64,000 bases of DNA, from NCBI GenBank assembly GCA_964007735.1, contig CAXGAI010000002.1:62001-126000 (forward strand), written 5' to 3'. The notes beneath the pieces were generated by a model. It was given only the letters and a program-made list of their open reading frames with translations. It was not told the DNA's origin and ran no database searches. The DNA comes from an uncultured Rhodopirellula sp. (GTDB taxonomy: Bacteria; Planctomycetota; Planctomycetia; Pirellulales; Pirellulaceae). Positions 22,419 to 33,175 of the stretch are shown piece after piece. Within the stretch, counting starts at the first letter, position 1; each line of letters opens with the position of its first letter. Made by a program: the position numbers and the translations under genes.

Positions 22419-22673
22419 GCAACGCAAAGAGCTCACGAGCGTTTATCTAAGAAGCCTCCGTTACCTGCTATCTAAGCTCTCCCAGTCGTCATAATCGTTA
22501 CAACCAAATGCCTGAATGTTGTAACGCGTCGTTCCCCTTTCGAACTCTTAGACAGACGCCCAGAGAGACGTCGATAAGTCTTGCATCGAGCTTTCTGCAA
22601 CACGCGACCACCCTCCTATCCCAAGCTCAACAGTTATTACGTATCCCGTCCCTTGATTAGCTGAACTACTGGC

Positions 22674-23426
22674 GTGTCACTCATCCCACAAATTCTTCTT
22701 TCGATCAACCTTCCAACCCGTCAGGCGGTTGCAAAAGACTGCGTGCAGGCACGAGACACCATCAGAGATCACTTATTACGAGAGCTTGTAAAAAACGGGT
22801 TCGCCGCCACCTGGATCGTCCACGATGATCGCCTGCAGGACACCTACGAACTTTTACAGCAAACAGATTCCGCTCAGGAATTCTCGATGTTTGTGGACAC
22901 AACCAACAACTCGACTCAGCGAAAAGCACTTAACTCTCAATTAGCCGATCTGATGGAACGAACTCGAAAGATAGGAGTGCGAATAACAACACTAAGCACC
23001 AATCAACGGATTGCTGAAAGCAATCTCAATATTCTGGTACGCAACAAAATCTCACTAGTAAACTACTTCTGCGGAACCCGAAGAAACTGGCGGTCGGTTA
23101 AATCACTGGAACCAAGCTCTTTAAGATTCGGAATCTGGGAAGTACCTGCTCCGCTTCAATGGGCACAACAATTATCTAATCCCGTGCGTGAACTGATACT
23201 TAAGTCCGTGATCAGATTCAAAAGCAAACATCTCTTCCAGCACGTTCAAATCGACATTCAATCGATGCTCGAAAACAAGACTCCGATAACGAAATTTGCC
23301 AAACTTTTACAGGCTCTTCATAGAATTCGTGAACGAGGGAGAATCGATGTCACTCCCGTTCGTTCATCAGCAGCACTTTTGCGGCACCTGCAGATGCGTC
23401 AGCCGACTCGTCTGCCAGCCGCCTAG
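22674..23426 (+). CDS. Hypothetical protein
   Basis: 250-aa ORF; no catalytic motif recognised. Confidence 0.6.
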   Translation: MSLIPQILLSINLPTRQAVAKDCVQARDTIRDHLLRELVKNGFAATWIVHDDRLQDTYELLQQTDSAQEFSMFVDTTNNSTQRKALNSQLADLMERTRKIGVRITTLSTNQRIAESNLNILVRNKISLVNYFCGTRRNWRSVKSLEPSSLRFGIWEVPAPLQWAQQLSNPVRELILKSVIRFKSKHLFQHVQIDIQSMLENKTPITKFAKLLQALHRIRERGRIDVTPVRSSAALLRHLQMRQPTRLPAA

Positions 23427-23445
23427 AGTCTGATAGAGCCGGAGG

Positions 23446-23937
23446 TCATGAACACGACATCTTGACTCGCAAGTCTGCAATGATCTCCTGAGGCACAAAG
23501 CGGGCAAGCATATCATCGTCGGAAAACTGAGCAATCTGCTTGATTAGCGAACTTGAGACGTGAGCGAATTCCTCGTCAGCCATTAAAAAGACCGTCTCGA
23601 TCTCCGGCGCTAACTGGCGGTTTGCCATCATCATGGTAAATTCACCAGCAATGTCGGTTAAGGGACGAACGCCTCGAACCATGACTCGAGAACTTTGCCG
23701 ATGAACAAAATCGACCGCCAAACCGTCAAATGTCTCGACCACCACATTTTCCCAACGCGAAGTGACACGTGACACTAGTTCTTTTCTCTCTTCCGGGGAG
23801 AAAAGTGATTTCTTCTCAACATTGATACCAATACCTACAACCAACGTGTCGAACATCTTACTAGATCGTTCGATTACATTGAGGTGCCCCAGTGTGATGG
23901 GGTCAAAGGAACCGGTATAAACTGCAATTTGACTCAT
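23446..23937 (-). CDS. coaD: Phosphopantetheine adenylyltransferase
   Basis: YTGSFDPITLGHL, VRGVR, IETVFL, VSSSLIK. Confidence 0.95.
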   Translation of the reverse strand: MSQIAVYTGSFDPITLGHLNVIERSSKMFDTLVVGIGINVEKKSLFSPEERKELVSRVTSRWENVVVETFDGLAVDFVHRQSSRVMVRGVRPLTDIAGEFTMMMANRQLAPEIETVFLMADEEFAHVSSSLIKQIAQFSDDDMLARFVPQEIIADLRVKMSCS

Positions 23938-24122
23938 GGGTAGCGATTTGGGTGAATGGATGTCGATGACGGCTCAACGTCTCTAACAACCATCATAGTA
24001 ATCACTGGGACAAAGTACAGTCGAGTCCTTAAGTTGATGTGCAATGTCCGAATGATTCCTCAAGACGCATTGGAACGTTTAACCTATAATTTGGTAGGTG
24101 TTGAGCTGGCTATCACAGCTCA

Positions 24123-26129
24123 TTGAATCACGCTATACCCTTTTCTCCTATCCTTATCATGTCCAACCTCCAGGAAAACCTCGTGCCTGATCATCTACGA
24201 GATGATGGGGACATATTGAGGAATAACGACATAAACGAAGAAGGGGCACGCCGTAGTTTAACGGATTTGATTGTGGGGGCCGGAGCGCTTGGGATTTCAA
24301 CTTTTGTCCATGCGGGCATTCTGATCATTCTTGGATTTTTCACACTAACTCCAGAGATTCTGGAATCTTTCAATCTGGTTGTGGTTGAACCTATGCCGGA
24401 GGAGCTTGTACGTCCCGAAGCATTGGTAACGATCGAACTTGAAGAAAACATAGACCCGGCGACTGAACTTACCAACTCGCAATCATCATCTACCATCGCC
24501 GGACTTCCGAATGCGGAGGGAGTCGGGCAGTTCTCGGAGCCTACATTTAATACTGATGTGATCAAAGATTCTGCAGAAGAGACCGGAGTGGAAATGGCCA
24601 ATCTCACCGTACCGGCCAGTCTACAGGAAAGTCTGATGACAAACATTCCGATTGGCTCGTATGGAGACCCCCGGGAAATTGTGGACAACCTAGAGCAGGC
24701 AATCGACCGCATCACTCAGGAAATCATTTTCATGCTCGAGGAAGGTGATGTCCTGGTCGTCTGGCTGTTCGATCAATCCGAGAGCATGCGTAATGATCAA
24801 AAAGAGATCCGTGAACGTATCAATAAAGTGTATTCTGAGCTGGGACTTGCTGATACTGCAGCCGGTGATCATTTGTTAACAGCCATCACCAGCTATGGTG
24901 CAAACTATTTCAAACATACCAAGAAACCTACTTCAGATCTTGAATTAATACGCCGGGCGATCAATGAAGTCCCCATCGACCCGTCTGGCTATGAAATCAT
25001 GTGTCCGGCCATCACTAGAGCCATTAAAGATCATGAGTCATATCGCGGAAGAGGAACACGTCAGATGGCATTGATTGTTGTTACGGACGAAAGTGGTGAG
25101 CCCGAAAATAATTTACCGACGTTAGAAATGGCTGTGGCGACTGCCAAAGAAATGAATTGCCGAACCTACTTCCTTGGACGCGAAGCGGTTTTCGGTTACC
25201 CACATGCTTACATGAATTGGCGGCATCCGCAAACCGGGGTCAACCATTGGCTGCAAGTGGATCGAGGACCTGAAACTGCCTTTGTCGAACAATTACAAAC
25301 CAATGGTTTTCGAAGACGTCGCGATGCATTTTCAAGTGGCTTCGGCCCTTATGAACAATGTCGAATTGCCCGTGAGTCCGGAGGTATCTTTTTTATGCTT
25401 CCCACAATTGAGAAGGAACTTGTCGGTGGCGAGGCTGACAAACGGCGGTATGAACTACAGGCCATGAAACCATACCTGCCCGACTTGGACAGCCGTCAAA
25501 AGCAATTAGCGATGCGTAACGACTACCCACTGCGCTCCTTTATCTGGCAGGTTATCGTTAACCTGAACCCACTCAATGAAGAAACCGCAAAAATCATTGA
25601 ACTGGATCTGACGTTTCCACGGGAACCCGATAGGTTTCTGGTGCGTGCCCGTCAGGAGCAGGAGAAGGCAAAAGTTTATATTAACTATCTGGCCAACACT
25701 CAGGCGGTGCTGGAAGAAGCTTATCCATTCCGCAAAGACGAGCTGAATGCCCGCTGGCAAGCCAACTACGACCTCATCTACGCTCAACTCATCGCATATC
25801 AGGCTCGGGTATACGAATACGGGGCGGCACTTGAAACATTCATTCGAAATCCAAAACAAGTACCGCAAATGATGCCCCCTAACCGAAGACTGGTACGTTG
25901 GGACTTAAGAAATCGTCTCGAACTTTCGGCGGAAGAAATAAGTCGCCCATATATCCACCGAGCTTCCGAGTTGTTTGAAAAAGTGATCGAACTACATCCG
26001 GGAACTCCATGGGCTGAGCGAGCCGCTGAAGAATTGAAAAGAGGCTTCGGATTGGAGGTAATGCCCGTTTATCGGGCTCCTCCCCGACCTACGCCTAATG
26101 CTCCCCGAATCCCGATACCGAAATTGTAA
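24123..26129 (+). CDS. Membrane-anchored von Willebrand factor A domain protein
   Basis: N-terminal TM helix, MIDAS FDQSESM, IVVTDE; possible ATG at 24159. Confidence 0.8.
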   Translation: MNHAIPFSPILIMSNLQENLVPDHLRDDGDILRNNDINEEGARRSLTDLIVGAGALGISTFVHAGILIILGFFTLTPEILESFNLVVVEPMPEELVRPEALVTIELEENIDPATELTNSQSSSTIAGLPNAEGVGQFSEPTFNTDVIKDSAEETGVEMANLTVPASLQESLMTNIPIGSYGDPREIVDNLEQAIDRITQEIIFMLEEGDVLVVWLFDQSESMRNDQKEIRERINKVYSELGLADTAAGDHLLTAITSYGANYFKHTKKPTSDLELIRRAINEVPIDPSGYEIMCPAITRAIKDHESYRGRGTRQMALIVVTDESGEPENNLPTLEMAVATAKEMNCRTYFLGREAVFGYPHAYMNWRHPQTGVNHWLQVDRGPETAFVEQLQTNGFRRRRDAFSSGFGPYEQCRIARESGGIFFMLPTIEKELVGGEADKRRYELQAMKPYLPDLDSRQKQLAMRNDYPLRSFIWQVIVNLNPLNEETAKIIELDLTFPREPDRFLVRARQEQEKAKVYINYLANTQAVLEEAYPFRKDELNARWQANYDLIYAQLIAYQARVYEYGAALETFIRNPKQVPQMMPPNRRLVRWDLRNRLELSAEEISRPYIHRASELFEKVIELHPGTPWAERAAEELKRGFGLEVMPVYRAPPRPTPNAPRIPIPKL

Positions 26130-26193
26130 ATAGATCCAATTCGTTCGAATTGATAAAACTGGCCTACTAGCTACTTTTCCAACTGAGTTAACA

Positions 26194-28230
26194 GTGCACC
26201 CAATGCTCCTCTATTTGATCGCGATGTTTGTCATGCCTTTGGCATGTTCTCCGATCATTGTTCGGCAACGTGGGAAAACACGTCAAATAACCCTTCTTGG
26301 TATCGTTATATTGGGAGGATTGGCTGCTGCCTATTTCCTCTCCAATGTAGAGCCGATCACCGAATATTCCCCCCCTGAAGTTACACCGAATATACGTCAG
26401 GCGACAACGGATGATCAACTGCAAGCGGCGACCCCCAAGCTGACCGACCATAAAGACTATGTCGGGTCCCAGGTCTGTGCGAAATGTCATGAGGCAGAGC
26501 ACGGTTCATGGCATTCATCCTATCATCGCACCATGACTCAAATCGCTTCGCCGGAAACCATCAAAGCTGACTTTGATGGGCAGGAGATGAAACTAGGAAA
26601 TACGACTTACAAGATCTATCGCAAAGGTGACGAATACTGGGTGCGTGCCCATGACCCGGAATGGGAAGTCAGGCAGTTGCCTACAGAAATTCGCAATCAT
26701 CCAAATCCACAGATGGCAGACAAACGAATTGTGATGGTCACAGGTTCCCACAAGATGCATATGTTCTGGATGTCCTGGAAACACTCCGACGAACAACCTA
26801 ATCAGAACGAACTTGATAACAACTCTCTGTGGCTGTTCCCTTGGGTCTATATGATCGATCAGGAAAAGTGGATTCCCTACGAAGATTCCTTTATTGCCGA
26901 TCCACAATTCGGTCGTCCGCCCACCGTCTGGAATCAATCATGCATCGCCTGTCATGCGGTTGCCGGGCAACCTCACCATGAACCTAAAGATGATCGCTTT
27001 GCCATTGAATTTCACTCGAATATTGCCGACTTTGGAATCTCATGCGAAGCCTGTCACGGTCCTGGAAAACCACATGTCGAAAAACATCGAACGCTACTCG
27101 ACGCCAATATCGACGTGGAACTGTCCGGCACACCGGACAATACAATTATTAATCCGGAACGCCTTGGTAAGGAAAAACAAGCTCAGGTTTGTGGCCAGTG
27201 TCACAGCCTCTTTGAATCAAACCATCCAGAATCTTTTTTAGCAGATGGTCTAGATTACCAGCCGGGAAATGATTTGCTGGTAAATCGCAAAATGATTCAC
27301 CACAAAGACACGGATCCCAGCATGCTCTACTACAACATGTTCTGGAATGACGGTACGATGCGAATCGGCGGTCGTGAATACCCAAGTCTGGTTCAAAGTA
27401 AATGTTATACGCATGGTGAAATGACTTGCCTCAGTTGTCACAGTCTTCATTCGATGGAAGAACCCAGTAAGCAACTAGGTCTTAACATGAATACCGATCA
27501 AGCCTGTATACAATGCCACAAAGAGCCTCAATACACGGCGGACTTAGCCAGCCACACACACCACCAACTCGATTCCGAAGGTAGTCGTTGCCTCAATTGT
27601 CATATGCCTCATACGTCCTATGCTTTGATGAGAGGTATCCGAAGCCACAGAATCGAATCTCCCAGGATCCGTTCCAATAGAAAAAATGAGAAGCCCAATG
27701 CCTGTAATCTGTGTCATCTAGATAAGACCATGCAGTGGACAGCGGATAATCTAAGCGATTGGTACGGGCATCCTGAAGTGGAACTGGACGAACAGAACCA
27801 AAACGTTGCCTCTAGTCTTGTCTGGTTGCTGCAGGGCAATGCGGTGCAAAGAACTTTGGCCGCCTGGCATATGAGTTGGGAACCTACGTATGAAACGTCC
27901 GCCACCAATTGGCGTTTGCCTTTCATGATTCAATTGCTAAACGATGATTATGCAGCAACCAGATACGTAACCTGGCAGTCGCTGATGCGACTGCCGGAAT
28001 ATCAGCTGATTCAAGAAGATGAAGCCGAATATGAATTTGTTTCACCTGCGCCTGAAAGGCTTGCTATTCAACAGGCTCTAATGAATAGCTGGAGTAACAA
28101 AATGGGGGATTTGCCACTTAGCAACCCACAATTACTCTTCACCCCCGATGAGATCTCTCAACTCAATTCAGCCGCGTTAATCAGGTTGATAAAGAATCGC
28201 GATAACACGTCAATCTTAATGAGTGAGTAA
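26194..28230 (+). CDS. Membrane-anchored multiheme c-type cytochrome (8 CxxCH)
   Basis: CAKCH, CIACH, CEACH, CGQCH, CLSCH, CIQCH, CLNCH, CNLCH; two N-terminal hydrophobic segments. Confidence 0.9.
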   Translation: MHPMLLYLIAMFVMPLACSPIIVRQRGKTRQITLLGIVILGGLAAAYFLSNVEPITEYSPPEVTPNIRQATTDDQLQAATPKLTDHKDYVGSQVCAKCHEAEHGSWHSSYHRTMTQIASPETIKADFDGQEMKLGNTTYKIYRKGDEYWVRAHDPEWEVRQLPTEIRNHPNPQMADKRIVMVTGSHKMHMFWMSWKHSDEQPNQNELDNNSLWLFPWVYMIDQEKWIPYEDSFIADPQFGRPPTVWNQSCIACHAVAGQPHHEPKDDRFAIEFHSNIADFGISCEACHGPGKPHVEKHRTLLDANIDVELSGTPDNTIINPERLGKEKQAQVCGQCHSLFESNHPESFLADGLDYQPGNDLLVNRKMIHHKDTDPSMLYYNMFWNDGTMRIGGREYPSLVQSKCYTHGEMTCLSCHSLHSMEEPSKQLGLNMNTDQACIQCHKEPQYTADLASHTHHQLDSEGSRCLNCHMPHTSYALMRGIRSHRIESPRIRSNRKNEKPNACNLCHLDKTMQWTADNLSDWYGHPEVELDEQNQNVASSLVWLLQGNAVQRTLAAWHMSWEPTYETSATNWRLPFMIQLLNDDYAATRYVTWQSLMRLPEYQLIQEDEAEYEFVSPAPERLAIQQALMNSWSNKMGDLPLSNPQLLFTPDEISQLNSAALIRLIKNRDNTSILMSE

Positions 28231-28249
28231 GGATCTAGGCGTCAGTTCT

Positions 28250-29326
28250 TTAACGCTGATAAATAGGTAGAAACGCATGATCAAGCTGCATCACAATCAG
28301 ATTACAGGCCGTCACGTAGATCGGGCCAATGTTCCCAGTCCAACTTCCATTATCTGATTGCTCGTTGGCAATCCGGGCATACAACTGATCCCGGAAAGGA
28401 GCCCACTCTTTCAAGCCCTGTCGATAAACGACCTGAGCATAATAAAGGTATGTGTAGTGCCAGTGACCAAACGAGCGAGCACCACCTGAAATATTGTGCA
28501 GGTTCTTCTTCGAATAGGCCAGCATTTCAGGAACATGTTTACTATCGTAGTCTCCGGCGTTGTAGAGGCATGCCAATGAGGCAGCCGTAATTGCCGGACG
28601 CGATGAACCACGATTTCGTGAGCTATAGGAAATCCCTCCGTCAGGATTCTTACAGCCATAAATATAATCCTTCGCTTTATCAATCACCTGCTTTGACACG
28701 GGAATACCCGCATTACGGCACCCCCGCAAACCTTGGACCTGGGTAATGGTTGTTGACCCCTCGTCAAAGTTATTGCCGTCTTTAGCACTTACATAGCCCC
28801 AGCCACCCGAAGGTGTTTGAGCATTAGCGCTAAATTCAGCCGCCTTTTTGAGAATTTCAATAAGCTCTTCTCGTCGCTCCAAATCCTCTTCTTCACCGAG
28901 AACCTGTGAGAGAAATAGCATCGAAAATCCATGGCCGTAAGTATAGCGATTATCTGAGAGTGGATCGCCAATCAAACCATTGCTACGACACTTTGTTGTA
29001 ATGTAGTCGACACATTTACGAATCGCTCGGGCGTAGGGCCCCTGTGTTGTCGTCGATCCAGAACAGATTAAGGCCGTTCCGGCAAGTGCTGTCATTGCGG
29101 TCGGATAAGTACCGGCGGTCCAGTGTCCCAGAGAAGACTGGCTTCTTACCACCCAATCCAACCCTTTCTTGATGCTGGTCTTCCACTCGGGACGAAGTTT
29201 TGCAGCGTTGACATTTGGGGCCATCTTCGCCAACGTGAAACCAGCGGCGGGCAAGCCTAGTGCCGCGCCCATCGACTTTAATGCCTGCCGTCGTCCCGTG
29301 TTGTCTGCTTGAATTGTCACTACCAT
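28250..29326 (-). CDS. Prenyltransferase/squalene-cyclase repeat protein with Tat signal
   Basis: GRRQALK; QW-like repeats QSSLGHW, QTPSGGWGY, NPDGGISY, QSDNGSW. Confidence 0.82.
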   Translation of the reverse strand: MVVTIQADNTGRRQALKSMGAALGLPAAGFTLAKMAPNVNAAKLRPEWKTSIKKGLDWVVRSQSSLGHWTAGTYPTAMTALAGTALICSGSTTTQGPYARAIRKCVDYITTKCRSNGLIGDPLSDNRYTYGHGFSMLFLSQVLGEEEDLERREELIEILKKAAEFSANAQTPSGGWGYVSAKDGNNFDEGSTTITQVQGLRGCRNAGIPVSKQVIDKAKDYIYGCKNPDGGISYSSRNRGSSRPAITAASLACLYNAGDYDSKHVPEMLAYSKKNLHNISGGARSFGHWHYTYLYYAQVVYRQGLKEWAPFRDQLYARIANEQSDNGSWTGNIGPIYVTACNLIVMQLDHAFLPIYQR

Positions 29327-29456
29327 TCTCCCAAAATTCTCACCACCTAAGTTGATGATCTTTTTCCGCGACGATTCGTCGCGTCTGTCATACCCTAATT
29401 CTAACGTAAATACTTAGATTGCAATCAAGATGAACTCGGCTACTAATCAGAAATCC

Positions 29457-30974
29457 TTAAGCTTCCTGATAATCCAAAAGCCCTTTAATCATACCGTCCA
29501 GATCATGTTGTTTTGCCTCGACCGTCGGTTCGAAGCCTAAACTCCGCATCATCTCGCTGGTAACGGGACTGATACTGACCGATTTTACTCCGTTCAGATG
29601 CTGACCCAGTAAACCAATCGATGAACGGGCAATTGCCGAACTGGTAAAGGTCACCCAATCGATCCCCTGCTCTACGGCTTCTCGTGTGGAGGAAGACAAT
29701 GTTTGAATATCCTGACTCCGATAAACAACAACCTGTTGCACATCAGCGCCAGCCTTACTCAAGCCTGCTCGCAAAACATCGCGACCACGACTGGCCCTGA
29801 TTAGTAATACCCTTTGCTTTTGCACCCGTGGCCTTAGGGCATCGACCATCGATTCAGCGCGATATTCCCGAGGGAGCAAATCAGCCTTTAGATTAAAGTC
29901 CTGTAATGCGGCATCCGTCCCCGGCCCCATAGCAGCGAGTTTTGTGTGTGCCAAATGACGAACGTCATATCCCAGCGTCAACAGTCGATTCAAAAAGTAG
30001 CGAACTCCGTTACCACTGGAAAAAACGATCCAGTTAACGTCAGAGATCGCAGCGATGACCTCATCCAGAGCTTCATAATTCTCCGGCGGTAAAATCTCAA
30101 TGGCTGGTTGCAAAACAACCTCGGCACCAAGCTGAGCAAGTTTTTGTACAAATTCCTCGGCCTGACCTGCTGCACGAGTCACAAGGATTCGCTGACCAAA
30201 TAATGGTCTCTGTTCAAACCAGGAAGTCAGTTCCGTATCCCGCACAACATCACCAATAATCACAATCGCCGGAGGGCGTATTCGGTTCTCGCCATCAAAA
30301 TAATCGGCAACTTCATCTAACGTACACTTTACTGTAACTTGCTCGGGACAGCTAATTTTTCTTACGATAGCAACCGGTGTATTGTGCGGCATCCCATGTT
30401 CCATTAGCGCACTTGTCCAACTACGAGATGTTGTAACTCCCATATAAAAAACAAGGGTTCCGGGAAATTGGGCTAACGCTCCGAAATCCAGCGAAGATTC
30501 CCCTTTGCCACCTCGTTCATGCCCTGTAATAAGAGCCACTGCAGAAGCTTTTTCGCGATGAGTTAGGGGAATCCCCGCACATGTACCTGCGGCCAATGCT
30601 GCTGTAATACCCGGCACGATTTCATAGCCGATCTCAGCCTTTTCAAAGGCCAATGCCTCTTCAGCTGCCCGCGCAAAGATAGCAGGATCCCCCCCTTTTA
30701 ATCGCACAACACGCAAACCCTGCTTGGCTAACCGAATGCACTCCGTATTAATATCATCCTGATTCCAAAGTTTACCGGCTCCATGCCTTCCCATACAAAT
30801 ACATTCGACATCAGCACTAACGTGTTGCAGTATGTGGGGATTCACTAAGTAATCGTAGAGAACAATCTCCGCCAGTTTTAAGCACTGAATCGCTCGAAGT
30901 GTGATGTAAGATGGATCTCCAGGACCAGCACCTACCAGATACACAAATCCTTCAGATGATGTATCCTGAGTCAT
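29457..30974 (-). CDS. cobA: Fused uroporphyrinogen-III C-methyltransferase / uroporphyrinogen-III synthase (CobA-HemD)
   Basis: VYLVGAGPGDP, RLKGGDP, VPGITA, GIPLTHR; C-terminal HemD part ILVTRA, FSSGNGV, FTSSA, SISPVT. Confidence 0.93.
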   Translation of the reverse strand: MTQDTSSEGFVYLVGAGPGDPSYITLRAIQCLKLAEIVLYDYLVNPHILQHVSADVECICMGRHGAGKLWNQDDINTECIRLAKQGLRVVRLKGGDPAIFARAAEEALAFEKAEIGYEIVPGITAALAAGTCAGIPLTHREKASAVALITGHERGGKGESSLDFGALAQFPGTLVFYMGVTTSRSWTSALMEHGMPHNTPVAIVRKISCPEQVTVKCTLDEVADYFDGENRIRPPAIVIIGDVVRDTELTSWFEQRPLFGQRILVTRAAGQAEEFVQKLAQLGAEVVLQPAIEILPPENYEALDEVIAAISDVNWIVFSSGNGVRYFLNRLLTLGYDVRHLAHTKLAAMGPGTDAALQDFNLKADLLPREYRAESMVDALRPRVQKQRVLLIRASRGRDVLRAGLSKAGADVQQVVVYRSQDIQTLSSSTREAVEQGIDWVTFTSSAIARSSIGLLGQHLNGVKSVSISPVTSEMMRSLGFEPTVEAKQHDLDGMIKGLLDYQEA

Positions 30975-31001
30975 AGTATTACTAACACGTATTGAATCAC
31001 T

Positions 31002-32360
31002 TTGCTGCCTATATTGAGAGGGCTTCTTCGATTGGAACCTGCCACCAGCGAATCTGCAAGTAACCAGCTTTCAAGCGTTAGAAATTATGTTGGTGGTTTT
31101 TCTCGCCAAAAACGCCGGGAACTGCAAAACCAATTTGAAACAGGCTTGCAGTGGCTCGAACAGGAACCTCCTGACTTCGACCAGGCACTGAGACTGTTCG
31201 CCCGTTGTATGAAAAGCGACCCCATGGGGGCTGTCTATACGTATGAGTTTTTACAAACACTCGAGGCAGGATACCAAAAAGGACTGTATTGCCATGGCTG
31301 GCGGCAGCGCCGACGGAATGCAAAGCTGGTTAAACGCATCACAGACTTGAGAGCTAAGCAACAATGGCACGAGATACTGAATCGAGCTCCCGAAACGTTA
31401 TACCACAATGCGAGAAACGAACGTCTTTTGCTGGAACTCGCCTTTGCCGCGCAAGCAATTAATGCCGCCGAAACACAATGGGTCTATCTTGAATTCGCGT
31501 TAAAGTACTTTTCCGGATCAGCGGATGTCCATGTACAAATCATTCATGCCTTTTATCAATCAGGTCGATATGATGATGCCAATGATCATATCTTCAATCT
31601 AATCCAAATAGCTAACGACTCCGTACTCCAAAAAGTACTGCGTGCCTTGCCTAGTGTCATTACTCAGCAATTTCCAGCCGTTGAAACGGTTGGCCAAGTC
31701 GAAACACTACGAGCGGTAGCCGAACAGGCAGATGCTCAAGACGATCATTGGTTGAAGCTATGTGAAATACTAGAAGACCTAAATCTCTACGGTCAGGCAA
31801 TCGACGCTTGTCAGCAGGCGACCAAGTTATTAGGTAATCCATCAGAGTGGACACAGCGAACACTGAAGCTAAGGCTACATCAGGCAGAATCCCGTCTGGC
31901 ATTTCACGAAGAACTTGAAGCGTCCGAAGAACTTCTAGATCAGCTACAGCACGAAGTCTGGAGAATTCGGACTGAGTACTATCAAAAGTTAGCTGCACAA
32001 TATCCGGCCAGACCTTTACTCACCATTCAGCTTGGCTGGTGTCTGGTTGGTACGGAAAATTGGTACGAAGCGATCAAGATTTTTGAGGACTTACGACAAA
32101 TGAAGACTCTGAAAAATCGTGACAAGCTTGCGTTGCTGTTAGGTCTTGCCGAATCTCAACAGGCGGTACGACGATTCGAAGACGCGTTGCAAACATATCG
32201 CCAGCTACAGTCTGCATTAGATTGCTCGAAGGTCGAAAGGGAGAATCTGGATGCCTGGATGCGTGATGAAATTCCGGGGTTCCATCGGCAATCTTTTATC
32301 GAACGATCCCTGAAACGTATAAAAACCCTGTCAAATTCCATGAATTCAACGCCTAGTTAA
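31002..32360 (+). CDS. TPR-like repeat protein
   Basis: Helical repeats such as YQSGRYDDA, LNLYGQAIDACQQA, ENWYEAIKIFE, RRFEDALQTY. Confidence 0.7.
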   Translation: MLPILRGLLRLEPATSESASNQLSSVRNYVGGFSRQKRRELQNQFETGLQWLEQEPPDFDQALRLFARCMKSDPMGAVYTYEFLQTLEAGYQKGLYCHGWRQRRRNAKLVKRITDLRAKQQWHEILNRAPETLYHNARNERLLLELAFAAQAINAAETQWVYLEFALKYFSGSADVHVQIIHAFYQSGRYDDANDHIFNLIQIANDSVLQKVLRALPSVITQQFPAVETVGQVETLRAVAEQADAQDDHWLKLCEILEDLNLYGQAIDACQQATKLLGNPSEWTQRTLKLRLHQAESRLAFHEELEASEELLDQLQHEVWRIRTEYYQKLAAQYPARPLLTIQLGWCLVGTENWYEAIKIFEDLRQMKTLKNRDKLALLLGLAESQQAVRRFEDALQTYRQLQSALDCSKVERENLDAWMRDEIPGFHRQSFIERSLKRIKTLSNSMNSTPS

Positions 32361-32573
32361 AAAATACTGCCCGCGAACAAAAAAAAGTCGGCTTTCTAAG
32401 GCGAACTAACCAAATCAGCGTCTAGACAAACTAGATTGTTTAGGCGATAAAAGTATTTCCGTCCCTGTTGAACGCCCCATTAATTTTAGGGGGTGAAAAC
32501 CTTTCAACCGTGTCGGGCAGGACATCCAGAATCCTATTCAAACTCGTTGTAGGCTGCAAAAAACAGGAACACC

Positions 32574-32876
32574 ATGCCGAATACTGTAAGTGCAAAAAAA
32601 CGACTTCGTCAAAACGAAACCGCCCGACTACGTAATCGTGCACATCGATCTGATCTACGAACCTCCATTCGTCGTGTCAATGAAGCCATTGATGCGTACG
32701 CAACAGCACGCACTGATGGTGGTGACGCCGATGCGGCATTGGCCACGGTTAATGAAGCCTATGTAACCGTTCAAAAGAAGCTGGACCGTGCCGGTGCAAG
32801 AAACCTTATTCACCGTAACAAAGCAGCTCGTACGAAATCACGTCTCCAGGCTCGCATTAAAAAAGCTAAAGCTTAG
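32574..32876 (+). CDS. rpsT: 30S ribosomal protein S20
   Basis: MPNTVSAKKRLRQ, KKLDRAGARNLIHRNKAARTKSRL. Confidence 0.95.
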   Translation: MPNTVSAKKRLRQNETARLRNRAHRSDLRTSIRRVNEAIDAYATARTDGGDADAALATVNEAYVTVQKKLDRAGARNLIHRNKAARTKSRLQARIKKAKA

Positions 32877-32938
32877 TATGCAGCCCGGGAAAGCCCTGAA
32901 ACACAAACGAAGATGAATGTATCTTCGGATCGAGATTA

Positions 32939-32970
32939 GAACCCCACTGATTCCAGTGGGGTTCTTTTTT
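32939..32970 (+). terminator. Rho-independent terminator after rpsT
   Basis: GAACCCCACTG-attc-CAGTGGGGTTC followed by TTTTTT. Confidence 0.88.
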
Positions 32971-33175
32971 GTGCGCTTTCAAGTCATCACCTGAATTTCC
33001 AAGGCTTGTTATACGTGTGCGACTGCAAACTTGTTCGACCCTGGTCCGAAGATTGGAGAAATAGGTCGACACATTTAAATTCCGTTAATTCTTTTGTTTT
33101 TCTCAGTTGTCATTTCCATACTCTGGCAATAAATGCCTGTATAAACCTACTCATTTTCTTCGAAAGGGAAACAAA

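Noticed and set aside
22496..22526. Inverted repeat CGTTACAAC-N13-GTTGTAACG
   Set aside because: It is isolated and has no U-tail, so it cannot be assigned as a terminator or operator.
28250..29326. Squalene-hopene cyclase or terpene biosynthetic cluster
   Set aside because: It is a single exported domain with no DXDD motif and no neighbouring terpene genes.
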